64,000 nucleotides of DNA from Chrysomallon squamiferum (lineage: Eukaryota; Animalia; Mollusca): contig CM022676.1 of assembly GCA_012295275.1 (NCBI GenBank), positions 1,736,001 to 1,800,000 on the forward strand, read 5' to 3'. A program made the translations under genes and the position numbers. The notes under the pieces are model-generated. The model saw nothing but the letters and a program-made list of their open reading frames with translations, was not told the origin of the DNA and did no database searches. This document shows positions 22,854-45,020 of the stretch, piece by piece. How positions within the stretch are numbered: the first letter of the stretch is position 1; every line of letters begins with the position of its first letter.

Positions 22854-25800
22854 GTTTTTACTTCTTTTTTTTCACTGGAACATTTTTTTTACACAATGAA
22901 ATTTCTAGAGCACTTCAATCATATTAATTTTCTTTTGCTAATGCAGTGGTTATTTCACTGATCAAAGAAATGAAAAACAAAAAAGCAAAAATAATTATTA
23001 ATGTAGATACTATAATCATATTCTAGTAAAAATTTCACATTTGCTTTTTTCATTCAGTAATGAATATACAATTATTTAAACAAATTTTCTCTCTAATTAA
23101 AAAAAATCCTAGTAACTCACAGCTGTATGTTAATAGTACCAAGGATCTCGTAGGCATATTCACACTTAGGATCAAGAGCTATTGCCTCTTTTATCATTTT
23201 CATACCAATATCTGCACTTTTCTTCCACTGAAGTTGTAACAATCTGTAAAAATATTTTCATAATATCTATTGAAACACAAGCTGATGCATATTCATCAAA
23301 TAATGAATTTTGTTTGACTTTTCAACATAATACACAATGGTATTATTTAGAAAATTTAGCAGTATCATACTTTAAACAGGTTCATTGATTTCAATTAAAT
23401 ATATATCAGATTCTAGCTCTGACTGAAAAAAATGTTTAAACACTGATATGAATGAGACATGTACCAATATCCATCTTAGGGAGGAAATTTGCAGTGAAAT
23501 GTTCTAATGAAAATATTTTTTTAAAAGTGCTTTTATCCTGAGTACTAAAACTGGTGATACATCTATCTTTATAAAATTATAAAAAAATTACATAATAACA
23601 CCAGTATTTACCCTCGGTGTACTAAAGTGTTAGGATTATCAGGTTCCAGCTTAACTGCTTTACTGTAAACTTCATCTGCCTCTTCAAACTTTCCCTGGTC
23701 AGCAAGTGACTGTCAGAACGAATGGATACTATTTACTTCTATATTATAGAGATTTATCCAATAATTGAATATTTAGCATTTGAATATATTGAACAGAAAC
23801 TTATAGAATATCAACTGAATAAGGAAATTAGTTGTCCAACAGTTGATTAATAGGTTAGAATAAAAGAAAACTATACAGTATAATATCATAGATTACAAAA
23901 TATCTTTACTGGTACCAATACTCACTAAATAATTTTTTTATATCATAGTTAATTTTACAACAATTTTTGTGATAAAGTCTGATAATATAGCCAAACATTT
24001 TTAAACAATATTTTTCTGTGAGAGCATACTTAGTCATTATCAACATGCCAGAAATAAAGATTTTACTGACAAATTTTGTTTTTAATTTATGTTAGATTCA
24101 ATATCATTATTAGTTTTATATGCTCATTATATGCTCATATATGCAAAATTTGTTATGTTAGTAAGCACTGATATAAAATAAGGTTGTATAATTTGGGAAA
24201 TGAACAATTTCAGGAAAAATCAGCATTTTATGTATGAAATAACAATTATTTACCTGACCATACAATGTGTATGCATCTGAACAGTGAGGAAATTTGTTGA
24301 TTACTTCTCTAAAAGCTACATTTGCAGACTGTAACAACTGATTATCTTCCTTTAAAACTGCCTGCCTGTGTACTGTGAATATTTATAACTTAATATATAC
24401 AGAAATAATCCTTTCTATATTTCTTTAGAAAAACAATTTATAATGTATAAACTGCTACACAGACATTTTGCTGTTTATTTTATCAATCATCTTTAACCAG
24501 CTTTAGTACCACAAAATGCAGAAAATAATGAGAGAGCATTTGTACTTAAGTTGTAAAATGTCACTGACACTAATTTCACAGTTTTACCTATACTAACAAA
24601 CATAAATTAATGTTCACAAAGAATATTACCAATAGTTTATAAATTATCAAATATGTGTGAAATAAATAAATAAATAAATATATAAATTACATTCATTTAT
24701 ATAAAATTTACATAAACTATATACATTTACTGGAAAAAGAAAAAACACAAAAAAAGAAAAAAATGATTCACTGGTTATCATATCTTCATTATATTTAACA
24801 AAAAGTAAAGTTACAAATATTGAAATAAAAATATCAGTGTAAACTAAAATAATTATCATAAACAAGTGTTTTCTTTGTTCTGTTTATTTGAATAGGCAAA
24901 ATTATATGCCAAAATAAATTTCATTACTATAGAAATCATCTGAATATTGAACCAAATAGAACATAGTTGAATCAATAATTTATATATTAATTTTTAATCT
25001 CCTTAAATTTTAAACTTTAGTGTAGACAGACTACTGTATTTATTTATATATATATATATAGCAAAAACAAAATCATATCAATATCTTTCAGAAAATGAAA
25101 TTAATACATACCAGCATAACACTTCTGTATATTGGAAGTAGGAAAATCTGGTCTGATAGCAATACTTCTTTCAAAATCAGCTATTGCCAATTCAGGTTTC
25201 TCTTGTAGAAGATACTGCTGAAAAAAACATGAAATTATTCTAAAAGTTATTTAGTTTCATTATTAATAATATTTAAACAATGACATAAAAATATAAACAG
25301 CAGAAAATCTTTTACATGTGCTTGGCATATTCAAAACAACACATTCCATTATGTTTACAAATACCAGTTAGACACATGAGGCAGGACTGTGTAGTGACTA
25401 AGTTATCTACAATTCATTTAAACTTTCAAATATGTTAAACTGCAAAATATGTGACTCTGTCTCAAACTGTTAAAATCGAGTGTAACTGATAAGTATGTTA
25501 CAGAACTAACCATGCCTCGATGATGATAGATATCTGCATTCTGTGGATCAACTGTTTCTGCTTTTTTAAAACATTCAAGAGCTTTCATTTCCTCACTACG
25601 CTGCAGGTTTAGTGTCCCTTGTTTGATCAGTGCATTTACGACTATCTGTATTAAAAAGTAATATCTATGTTAAAAAACAATAAACCACAAATTTATCTAG
25701 TGATACAGACATTGAAGTAATCATTATTAATTAAGAATAATCTATATGACAATAACATATTAACAATAATTTTAGTTAAAAAAGGATTAAACAACCATTT

Positions 25801-28800
25801 TTTGCTTTAAAAATATTTACAAAAAAATCAGAATTAAAAGTTATCATTATGTATTAAACGATTAATATGCAATATAAAATAAAAAATAAAACACAAAAGT
25901 TATTTGTTCATATTTGATTTTGTACAAAGAGATAACCCATCAACATGTAACATTTTGAAAGAGAATAACAAGTATTTGATTCTGAAATCACAATAAATTC
26001 ATAATAAAATTACTTTTGGATCAAGTCCATCCATCTGCAGAAGATTGGTCAGATCAGTGAAAGCTTGATCTCCAAGTCCACACAAAATGGAGAACGTTGC
26101 ACGGAGCAGCAAAGCTTTGGCTGCATATGGACTATCAGAACAGTTTATTTCTGCTGCACATAGATTAAGAATTTCTTCAAACTGGTTATTCTCAAGACAC
26201 CAAACAGCTTGCTCATATGGACTGAAATTAGACAATAAATATTAAAACTTTGTGTATGCTTAGAAAGAGAAATAAGGACAACAAACATTATAACTCAAGG
26301 CAACATTCTTCAACATGGGGGTTTAGTCCAAAAATAATTATTTTTTAAAATTTATTCTTTGCTTTAACTTAGATAAGAAACATAAATAACCTCATCTGTT
26401 CTGCTTCAGGTTCTCCATTTTCAACGGAAGAGTTTTGTGATTCATTTCCCGTTTCCTCAGTTTTTACACTTGCAACATCACTCACCACAGGTTGTCCCTT
26501 TCCAACATTGCCCAGGTTAATTATTGGATCATTGGTGAAACCAGCAAAGTAATTCCTTACAAAGAATTTAGAAGGAAGACTCGCTTTCCTAGTCTGAAAT
26601 TATAATAATAGTAAAAATGTTTTAAGATCTGCACGCATGTTAATTACCTTACTTGAAGCTATTTCAGAGTAATATAAAGCAATGTAAATACTAAATGAAA
26701 CAGCATTTACACATTTTATTATTAAATAGGTAAAATGTGTGAGTGAATGTACATATTACAATAAAAATTGAAAGAAAACCCTCACCCTTACCAAAGCCTT
26801 TCCACTAATGTATATCTGTGTAGAAAGTACTTTCTACACAGGTAAATTTACTCACAGAATAGATCTCTCTACATTTCACTCGACTCATTTCTTTGATAAT
26901 TCTGTCAGCTGTCTGCAGATTTGTCTGGTTGGAAAATTCCTCCAAGATACAAACTGCTGTAATATCTAAAACAATGATGTTTGTGGGATTTTGAAATTTT
27001 TTAAAATACAAAAGGTAATAATATCTGCAATAATAAAAACAAGTCAAGTAATATTGGTAGACGCAATGTAATAAAGACATATAATCAAACCTTTGGAATA
27101 TACTTATAAATTTAGTAATACATTTTTTAAATTTATTTAATTATTACTTTTAGTAAAGGGTGAAATTTTCAAGAGTATAACTAATGTAAAACAAAAACAC
27201 ATGTTTAATATATAAATTTAAATGTAAATAAAACATTAAAAAGCGAATTTCTCTAATTTAAAAAGCATAAATGGTTTAAAGTAGAAATAACTATAACTGC
27301 ATTATAATTATATTCAGTTTACCTTCTAGTGCCGACTCATAAGCTTTCAGGTTTTCATAAGCTTTGCATCGTCTTGTCAATGCTTTAATATAGCGACTGT
27401 TTAGTTCTAGGGCCTTTGTGCAATCTTCCACAACCCCGGTTAGGTTTTTCTGAAAAAAATACATTTATTAAGAATAGTTCTCTCCCTTTGACTAATTTTT
27501 CATATATTTTTATTTATATATTTACTTACTTTTTGTTTTATTTATTATTATTATAATTTCTTTTTCTTTCTTGAAATATGGAAATAACCATAAACTGATT
27601 TTATAATGATTTTAATCACAGAACTGTGAAATTAAGTTTGTTATCAAGATTATAATTAGCATTTATAACATGTAAGATAAAAATAAAAAAATAAATTTTG
27701 TTTAAAAAAATCTCAAAATAACTTATTTGGCTCTTAGTTATGAACAATGTGATAAATACAGCTATAAATTATGCATCATATGTGCACAGAGATATATGTA
27801 TTTCTACTTTTAAAAATACTTCAGAAATAAAAAATAAAATAACTTAGCAATAAATTAAAAGGTAATGATTTTATTAAACATTTAAAAATAACATGTTTAA
27901 TACCAGCTGTTCATAAGCTGCTGCTCGGTTCTGATAAAATGTTGCCAGGTCTTCTTTATGTTCATCCGGACAGAGAGACATGGCCTCCGAGTAGCATGTG
28001 ATTGCCTTCTCAAAGTTGTTGCCTTTAAAATATTTGTTACCACGCATCTTGGCATCCATTGCCTTTTCATGTAATGTCTAGAAGATAGCAAATGCTAAAT
28101 ATGAAATACATGCTGAAGAACATTACTCTGTAATTATTTAAATCATATTTGATATTAACATTATTAGTTATTTTGTGAAGCAATTTATTATCTTTTCCAT
28201 AAATAAATAAATAAAGAAAAAGAAAAAAATAGACCTCACAATGGTGTTATTAAGTTAAAACAATCAGTATATATTTTCATAATAAAATTATTGCCCATTT
28301 AACACAGTGCAAAATAATTTGTTGTTCTTTATTTACTTATTATTAGCAGTGGTAATGAAACTTAGGAAATTAAGTAAAATATGTTTGTTTTGGTTTTTCA
28401 GTATTTTAATTAAATTTCTTCTTAACATACTACACTGCTGAACTAGATACGGATGGCAGATTCAGTCAAATGAATAAAATATATATAATTATTTTTATTT
28501 ATGAAGCATCCATAAACTATTACATTAGGAAATATTTTATACCTGAAGCAGTGGAACATCACATTCAGGAAGGAATGTTACAGTCAGTGTCATTTCCAAA
28601 GAAATTGTACATTTGTATAATATAGTTTGTAAATTTTTGTATTTAGCATTCAGCAATTGGAGATGTTTTGTATGAGAAAGCAAAGATATTTAAATTTTTA
28701 CATTTTGTGCTGAACTTTATGTAAACTCAAAATAACCCAGGATAAACAGAAAAGTTAGTCATGTGAAGTATGGCACAGATAAATGTTAGTTAGCTCAGAA

Positions 28801-29537
28801 TGTAACATTTGCTATTAGAACTGCACTGTTTATAAATCTTTGATGAGAGCTGACATTATACTGCTGTGATACACAAAAATTTACAAAATATTTTTGAAAC
28901 AGTTTTAAAATACTACATCCACTATCTTAATCATAACACAAATTTAAAAATAATGGTAAGCCATTAAAATAATAATAATAATAATAAAATAGTTATTATT
29001 CTATTATTTGTTATTTTTATTTATTACTTAACTCAATAAAATATTGTATAGTCTCTTCTCTTTGTATGTTGTTGTTGTTATTATTATTATATATTGCGTA
29101 ACACATTACAGGAACGAAAAGTGTAATTAAATACGAAATTGCAGCACTTCTGTAATACTAATACTAATAATGTATGCATTATCTGAAGCGGTGTAACGTT
29201 TGGTTACTGCACTAGCAGGAAAATAAACTAAAATGTGTGATAATATCAGTAAATACAAATACTAATGGTAATAACAGACAGATTCACACACTGACACAGT
29301 AATTTGGTTGGTTAATTTAGTAATTATTACCTTTGGTTTCGCTTCTGAAAGATTTGCATTTTGATTAGAATCCAATCCTCTAATATTGTTTTTGTTGATG
29401 TTATGTCTGTTTCTTTTCCGATACAACCAAACTCCAGCAACACCCAAAATTCCTACACCAATGACAACTCCAACTTTCCATTTAGTTACTCCGTCACGCA
29501 ACTCATCTAGCCGCAACCTGATGTTGGAGGTCGCCAT
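22460..29537 (-). CDS. TOMM70: Mitochondrial import receptor subunit TOM70, 12 exons, 590 aa
   Basis: Exons (minus): 29331-29537, 27904-28077, 27323-27449, 26856-26965, 26391-26593, 26014-26221, 25511-25645, 25112-25217, 24254-24372, 23612-23709, 23121-23243, 22460-22622. GT-AG, in phase, 1773 nt. N-terminal signal anchor (WKVGVVIGVGILGVAGVWLYRKR) followed by TPR repeats: KMRGNKYFKG...AITCYSEA, LATFYQNRAAAYEQL, DCTKALELNSRYIKAL, DITAVCILEEF, NADIYHHRG, GLLQLQWK, DPKCEYAYEILGTI. Confidence 0.93.
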
Positions 29538-29856
29538 GCTTTCTTTTTGTCACGTGCCAAGCGATAATATCACGAGAGTTGACAAGTAAAAAATTCTTTA
29601 ATGCTAATAAACGAACTAAGGAATTTCAGTTCTTGGTAGATTTTATTATATTTCGAAATAATTTAGTTTACATTTCTCAGTGGAGTTAAAACAATAATAA
29701 TAATAATAATAAAATGAAACGCATTTGGAAATTCAGAATCAGGAATTTTCGTTTCCTTTATGTGTCATGAATACAAATAATATATCTTCAACTGTAAAAC
29801 TGAATTGCTTAATATGGGATAGTTGTATTCTAAATTTCTTGCAGACTTCCAAAATA

Positions 29857-30619
29857 AAGTGGTACCTCGAGTTACGACTGCTTCAACTTACGTGTTTTCC
29901 GAGGGCGATTTTTTGCTTTGAGATGCGAGCCAAAATCTGAGTTACGAGCTAGATTCAGATACGCCGCCGCTAGTTGGCGCAACGAACAACACAACACACC
30001 ACCACCCCAGCATCTTGCATTTCACTTGTTTGTTTCACGTGGAAGCATCTCTTTTGTGTTGTGCTCGCGTTTTATGCGGTATTTTGCCAAATTTCCATGG
30101 ATCCTAAAAAAGTGAGTGCAAAGAGGACAGTACTGAGAAAAAGAAGCGTATGATGTCCATTGAATTAAAGTATGACATCATAGAAAAACATGAGAGAGCT
30201 GTGCGTATAGTCAACGTGGCTGGGCAGTACGAGGGTAGTACTTTTACGATATGTACCATACTGAAGTAGAAGGAGTCGATAAAAGGCTGTACGTCCACCT
30301 AAAGGCCTTAAACCAACTTCTAAGCTGAGGATATCTGTCCATGGAGAAATGGAGAAACCCTAACCATGTACACTTTACAAAACCAATTTATTTCTTTACA
30401 TTCTCTTTTATTTTGTTTTTATGCAATATTCGTCATATATACATATATTTTTCTGATTTAAAAACAGTTTAAAAATAATTGGGGTGACTTTTGTGGGGAA
30501 GGAACGGATTAATGATATTTCAATTAATTTCATTTGATAAATTGAATTGATATACGAGCACTTTTGAGTTACGAGCTATATCACGGAACGAATTAAACTC
30601 ATAAGTCAAGGTACCACTG
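29857..30619 (+). mobile_element. Internally deleted Tigger/pogo DNA transposon
   Basis: TA-flanked TIRs (A)AGTGGTACCTCGAGTTACG and CTCATAAGTCAAGGTACCACTG. From about 30098 there is a decayed N-terminal CENP-B/psq HTH (MDPKKVSAK/fs/DSTEKKKRMMSIELKYDIIEKHERAVRIVNVAGQYEGSTFTICTILK*KESIK); no DDE domain. Confidence 0.85.
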
Positions 30620-30946
30620 TATATGTGTTAAGGGACAATAAGTAACAAAAACAGACTTAGAAACGTTATCTGGGTCAAACATTACAGAATGAACATCTCT
30701 TTTTGTTATGTTTTATTTTATATTTTATTTTATTTTTTTTTTTTTTATTTATTTATTTGGTTTAGATAATTTATAGATGGTATTCAGTATTCTAATCTTT
30801 ACTGCAGCCCACTTTAAATTCATATCCCTGGTTATTTGATGATAAAGAATGTGAACTTTTCCCAGGACAATGATTTTGGGAGTTAAAGTTAATTATCCTA
30901 TTTCTTTTGTGAGACTAGTATTCAATAGCTTTTTTTTTTTTTTTTA

Positions 30947-30995
<49 letters not shown>

Positions 30996-31734
30996 TGTTT
31001 TGTTTTGTTATTCATTTCTCTTATCATCTCATTGTAATTAAGGGTTACAATTTCTTTAAAACATAGAAGTGATTACCAGAAAAGTAAATCCTCTATTTCT
31101 CCCAAGCTAAATTAAGAACTAAATTTAATACTGTATGCATGTATATACGTGTGCTTGTGTGTATTTTCTGTATATATATATATATATATATATTGCATAT
31201 GTTGTCATTGTTCAACAGATAAAGTAAACTTACGCAATTACATTTTCTTTTCTCTTGAATTGATATTAAAATATTAAGCAAATTAACAGAATGTGAACAT
31301 TATGAGAAAGATGCTGTTCAGTCAGGTTTATTCTGAATTGTGCCCTGTCAAGATATTATTGTTACTACTACTATTATTGTTCTTCCTATTTTTATAGCTT
31401 TTATTATTATTATTATTTGTTATCATTTTTTTAAATTAATTATTACTATTGATTTGGATGTTGTTGTTCTTCTCCTTTTTATTATCAATATAGTTATCAC
31501 ATTTTTAATGTCATGTTTATTTTCAATCACTTTGCACAATTTTCCATTTGCACTATTTTCTGTGAAATAGGATTTAAAAAAAATTATTTTTAACATTCAA
31601 TGAAATGACATCGTATTTTTATCATAAAGAGGTATTTTAATAATTAGTAACGGTTAGTATCATACAAAATGATCATAGAGGAATAAATGCATTTAGGTTA
31701 TTTTTGCTATTGCATTCATATCTCGATAACAAGT

Positions 31735-31771
<37 letters not shown>

Positions 31772-32424
31772 GGATAAAAAGAAAAAATAAAATCAAAGAA
31801 ATTTTTTTTTTTTTTTTTTTTCTAATATAGATGACGCAGTTATTTAAATTATTAATAATATTATAAGTAAAATCTCTGTCCCGCAAGGGAGCAAGTATAA
31901 CTATCCCATTTTCGATGAAAGTGATTCTTTGAGATGTCGATGTAGCTGCATGTAGGGCTAGATTAAGACCTTTAGAAATCATAAACACTAAAAAGATGCG
32001 TATGGACTCAAAATATTTATAATAAATGATAAAATAAAAGTTATTTCTCGAAAGGAAATTAGCTGAAAAATAATGTTTGTTTTGGTATTCTATCACTATA
32101 TTTATATTTGGATAGTCTCCTTCTATTTTTTAAATTGCAAAAGTGTTTGGTCAGATATTCAAGATGTATTTAGTCATTATTTTAATATACTTATTATATC
32201 ATTAACCTCTATTATAATAATAATTATTATTATTGTTTGTGTGTGTAATGTTTTCATTTATTATTGATATAAATGGAGTCACCTTTTTGTTCAGCGGTCC
32301 ATTTGCACAAAATGGTTGATGGTAACTGTATAAAAAATTCTCCAGATTGTATAATCTGTATATCAAATATAAATAGAATTCATATTTAGTCTTAGGTCCT
32401 GCCCTCGGGCTAACTCCTCATATC

Positions 32425-32497
32425 TCAAAAACCGAAATAGTCCGAAATCTGAAACTCTTCCAATTATAAGCACTTCGGATAAAGGAGTCTCAACACG
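32425..32497 (+). mobile_element. Fragment of a pogo/Tigger (MER2-like) MITE end
   Basis: TCCGAAATCTGAAACTCTTCC...AAGCACTTCGGATAAAGGAGTCTCAAC resembles the subterminal and terminal sequence of Tigger/MER2-type MITEs. The other end was not found. Confidence 0.4.
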
Positions 32498-32673
32498 CGT
32501 TTTAATATTATTTATTACTAAAATATTAATTTGATTATTGCTATTCAAAACAGAAAAAGAACATTAATATTATATTAGTATTTATTAATTTAAAATACAA
32601 AACAAAATACAAATCCAACAAACAAAATCTACAGAAAAAAAGACGTTTAAAAAAGACGATAATAATAAGAATG

Positions 32674-32714
<41 letters not shown>

Positions 32715-34121
32715 TATTATTATTATTATTATTATGTGTAGAGCTGATTCTGTTACAACTCACTATTATACACCTGTACAGGTATACTCAGTGACTTAAA
32801 TCAAATAATGTTTTTCTTTTTCTTTTTTCTTTTCTTACATTTTATCAAATTATAAGAAATTAATTTTTACATTTATCTTTTAAATAAAATTCTATTCTTT
32901 ACTTTCTTTGTTTAAATTTCTATCATATTTATTAAATATTATATTCTATATAGGCATATTAATAATTTTAAGGTATTAACAATGACAGGGATCTTGGGTT
33001 TCGTTTTGTAGCGTTTATACGTTTCAAAAGTACTTTTTATGGTACCAGCGAACTCGAAAATTACCCAAAGGAATATAAAGCCAAGATTGTTGTTAAAGGA
33101 GAAAACTTGCCGGAATCGGTGCCAACTGTACGATTGGCAAAGATTAGTTAAACGACCGATATAGACATATCTCTGGTCTCCGCCATCTGAGCAACGGGAT
33201 ACTCGGTATAGCCTCTCAGCTTGTTGTCAACAAAAAGATACGTTTTTCATTCATATTATTTTAAAAATAAACGCTTATTTTCTTTAAGCTTAATTCACTC
33301 TCTCGAACACACATACACCATATACAGTTTGAAATATAAAATAAATGAACGAACTGTAATAGTAAAACAAAATAATAAAAATATCATTTTTTCTCATAAA
33401 ATCTATTTAAAGACAACTTTCAAACATTTATCTTCTCTTGAAGGATTCATATCTTCTGACTTCCAAACAGAGGATTGAAAATAACTGGTTCTGCCATCAT
33501 TGAAACAGTCTTTTGGTAGCAAGCAGTAACAATAACACTTATTGCGATTTGTTCTGGAAACTGTGCTTTTTCTGACGATGTCGATATTTCAAGTTATAAT
33601 AGCTATTTCCAGTTAACGATATAGTCATCACATTTTATTATTTTTCATGACGTCGACCTGGACGGATATTTCGAAATTACAAAAGCTCTTTTCGGCGAAT
33701 GTAAACATCATATGTATTAGTAAAGAGAAGTCTCTGTAACAGAATTAACAGTTTCTACACGGAGTGACCTGCACGGATGTTGGGATAGTTACAGTCGCTG
33801 TGTCCAGCAAAGAATAGCTTTATCATTTCAGATGTCTTCCAGTGTACAGCGATTAGACGAGTATTTATATATCAATATCCATTGTTAACTCTACAACAAC
33901 GATTATCTCTATAAACTAAATTAACTATTAAACGACATCGATACATTTTCTTTTCTTTTAAATTTTTTTATAATTTTGTGTGTTTTTTTTTTTATTATAA
34001 TGATCTTAAGAGTTTATTTTTATAAAGAACAAATTGTTTAAATTGTACCTTCAGTTGAAAAACTCAGCTATACTAAATAAATTTTCAGTGGTGAGTATAA
34101 AATTATTCATTTTAATTATAC

Positions 34122-34200
34122 GTATAAAACAGGAGAAAAATAGTTAACTTAATAGTTAATGATCAGCTATTAACTTAACTATTTTTCTCGTGTTTTTTAC
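34122..34200. repeat. 79-nt near-perfect hairpin downstream of the Barx stop codon
   Basis: Arms 34126-34157 and 34165-34196 are complementary at 29/32 positions, with a 7-nt loop. Confidence 0.8.
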
Positions 34201-34393
34201 TTATAATATCTTTATCCAATTCAGATATAAAGGTTAAAGTATAAAGGTTATTTCTTTATCGACGAAACGCATATTTATACTTGATACGACCAACACAGCT
34301 AAGTTTCTATGAAATGAGTACCGTAACTATCTAGATCATTAAGTAACGACATACAATCTTATGAAAATAGACAGCAACCATTGTTTTTGTGCA

Positions 34394-42572
<8,179 letters not shown>

Positions 42573-44375
42573 TTTGTATTTCACATAACAGTTTGACTGC
42601 TGTAGATTTGAAATGATCTTCTTGGCAAAATAAATTTGAGAAATGCCTTTATTTCAGTGTTCTCACTGCATTTATTATCAATAAATGATTATTACGTGTA
42701 ACTTTGTGTCAGCCAAATATTAATTTTAAAATGCTGTCTCAGAAACATACAAAATCTTAGAAAACTTTTTCATCCCAAATACAGTTAGCTGACATTTCAG
42801 CCTCATATATTATTTTAATACTTCGTTAGATTTTTCTTGAATTCCTCACAATATCCAAAATTATTTACAATTAATAATTCTTGAAAGAAAATGAAAAAAT
42901 CCTCTAAAAATGAGATCTTCATCTGTCAGCAGTAAACGACAATCAGAAGTGGAAATCGAAAAATCTAGATATCCTTTTCATGATAACATGGCCTATCAGC
43001 TTATCTATTTATCTCCTACAACACCGCTCAGTTGATAAGGTATCTGTTTAGGCACCACCCCCAAAGTAAAGAATTGTATCACTCAAAGGATAATGACATC
43101 TGCAGCAGCCAATCAGAATCCATTTAGTGTTTTCCTGAAGGAGGTTCTTTGTCAAAGACTGCGACGGTAGATGCCAAATGGCGTCTAATCACTTGCATGG
43201 AAAACTAACTACTCGTATTTCAAAGATTTTTTCCTACCACAAACCAGAGCAACGTTTTTCAATCAAAAAGCAGGAAAGATGAAACTGGAAAAACAAACAA
43301 ATTCGTTTGATGTGACGTTTTTGAAAGTGAAAACTTACAAGCTTCGTTTAACTTCAATACATCAGCCAATATTAATTGTTTTAATTATTTTCTTTATATA
43401 TGTGTATGTGTATTTATATTGAAACACAGAAACTGTTAGAAAAAAATGAAGAACAAAACGATTAATAGATAATTCAATATCGCTTATAAAATAAAATGAA
43501 TCTCAGCATTATTAACGGATTCATGAAAGTATTTAATAAGTTTTTTCTTTAATAGCTAGCTGTGCACACGTAACATTTGTATTATAAGAATCTCTCGTTA
43601 TCAGAACAGCCAAGCCCGCAAAACAGCCTTGTACCTGTAATAATAATAATAATAATAATAAATAATAATAATAATAATCATAATCATAATCATAATAAAT
43701 AAATTAATTAATTAATTAAACAAAATTAACTAAATAGATTTATAGATTATGTATTCGAAATCTAAAACATAATTATAACAGGTATCAGTATTTCTATCTA
43801 AGTTTATTAGACGTCTCAAATATTTTAATACTTTTTTAAGACTGAACCGATTAAGAAAATACTATGGACTTAGAAATATTTATTTTTTATACTTGTTTAA
43901 GATGAAAGTTCATATTTGATTAAATAATAATTTAATATATCTGCTAAACTCAGCAAACGACGACAGACTTTGTCATAGATAAAGAGAAGTAAATAGGAGT
44001 TTCTTTCAGTCATAAATTGTTTGTTGCATTTAATTAATTTCTGCTGACTGTGTTTGTATTCTTTATACGTCGGGTTATATTATTATTATTTCATCTGTTA
44101 TTAGAATACACATTTATATTAAAATAGGAGATACAAGTTCAAGTATTGTTCAAGGTTATGAAAGCAAAATACTCCTGAGTCGATCAATACTTATTTAAAA
44201 ATGAGGTTGTTTTTTTATTTTTTTTATATTTTTTTTATGCTCTTGTTTTTCTCTGGGTTTTTCTGAGGGGTTAAACGAAAAATATTATTGTTGTTACTAT
44301 TTTTATTATTATTGTTATTGTTATTGTTGTTGTTGTTATTATTATTATTGTTGTTATTATTATTAGTAGTAGTAC

Positions 44376-44422
<47 letters not shown>

Positions 44423-44854
44423 TAATCCATATGAATGTTGCGTTAGAAAAAAAACTCAGTTTACGTAACTTCCATTATAGATTAATAATAATAATAATAA
44501 TGTTTTTATTATAAAAAAAATATAACTATTACTATTTTTAATTTAATCACTTCAGCAATTAATAAGACACTTTCCAGTAATCTGATGTGTCTTCAAAGAA
44601 AATAAATAATATTCTAAACTACTACTCAACAGCCATTTTCTGTATGTAGAACAATTTCAGATTCTTTTTCATCATCCTTTGGTTCTAGTCTATCTTTTAT
44701 TTCAAGCGCGTTGTTGCCCAGTACGTAACCATGTGAACAGAATATAAACTACTCGTTCTTTGATACGCGGTTTACTCACCGCACAATTCACGGAAATTCA
44801 ACGATGCCGAAAATCGCCGAAATCTGTGGACAGTTAGCTCGGCGGGAAATTTAT

Positions 44855-45020
44855 GCCTAATTACTTTAATTAGCCCCCTGCCATTGGGGACTAATTAGCG
44901 AGTATTTGCTTTAAGCAAAAGTTAAATCGTTCCCTTTGGTTTCGGCTGGTCGCAGCGGATATCGGATATAAGTAGTTAATTACTTTTCTCAGTTTGTAGA
45001 CACACAGCGCCCCCTGTCAG
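44855..45020. promoter_or_regulatory. Candidate Barx upstream enhancer with TAATTA cluster and CTCF-like site
   Basis: CpG-rich island with CCTAATTACTTTAATTAGCC and ACTAATTAGC, plus GCGCCCCCTGTCAG at 45007-45020 (reverse complement CTGACAGGGGGCGC, close to the CTCF core). Lies about 2.3 kb upstream of the Barx ATG. Confidence 0.4.
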
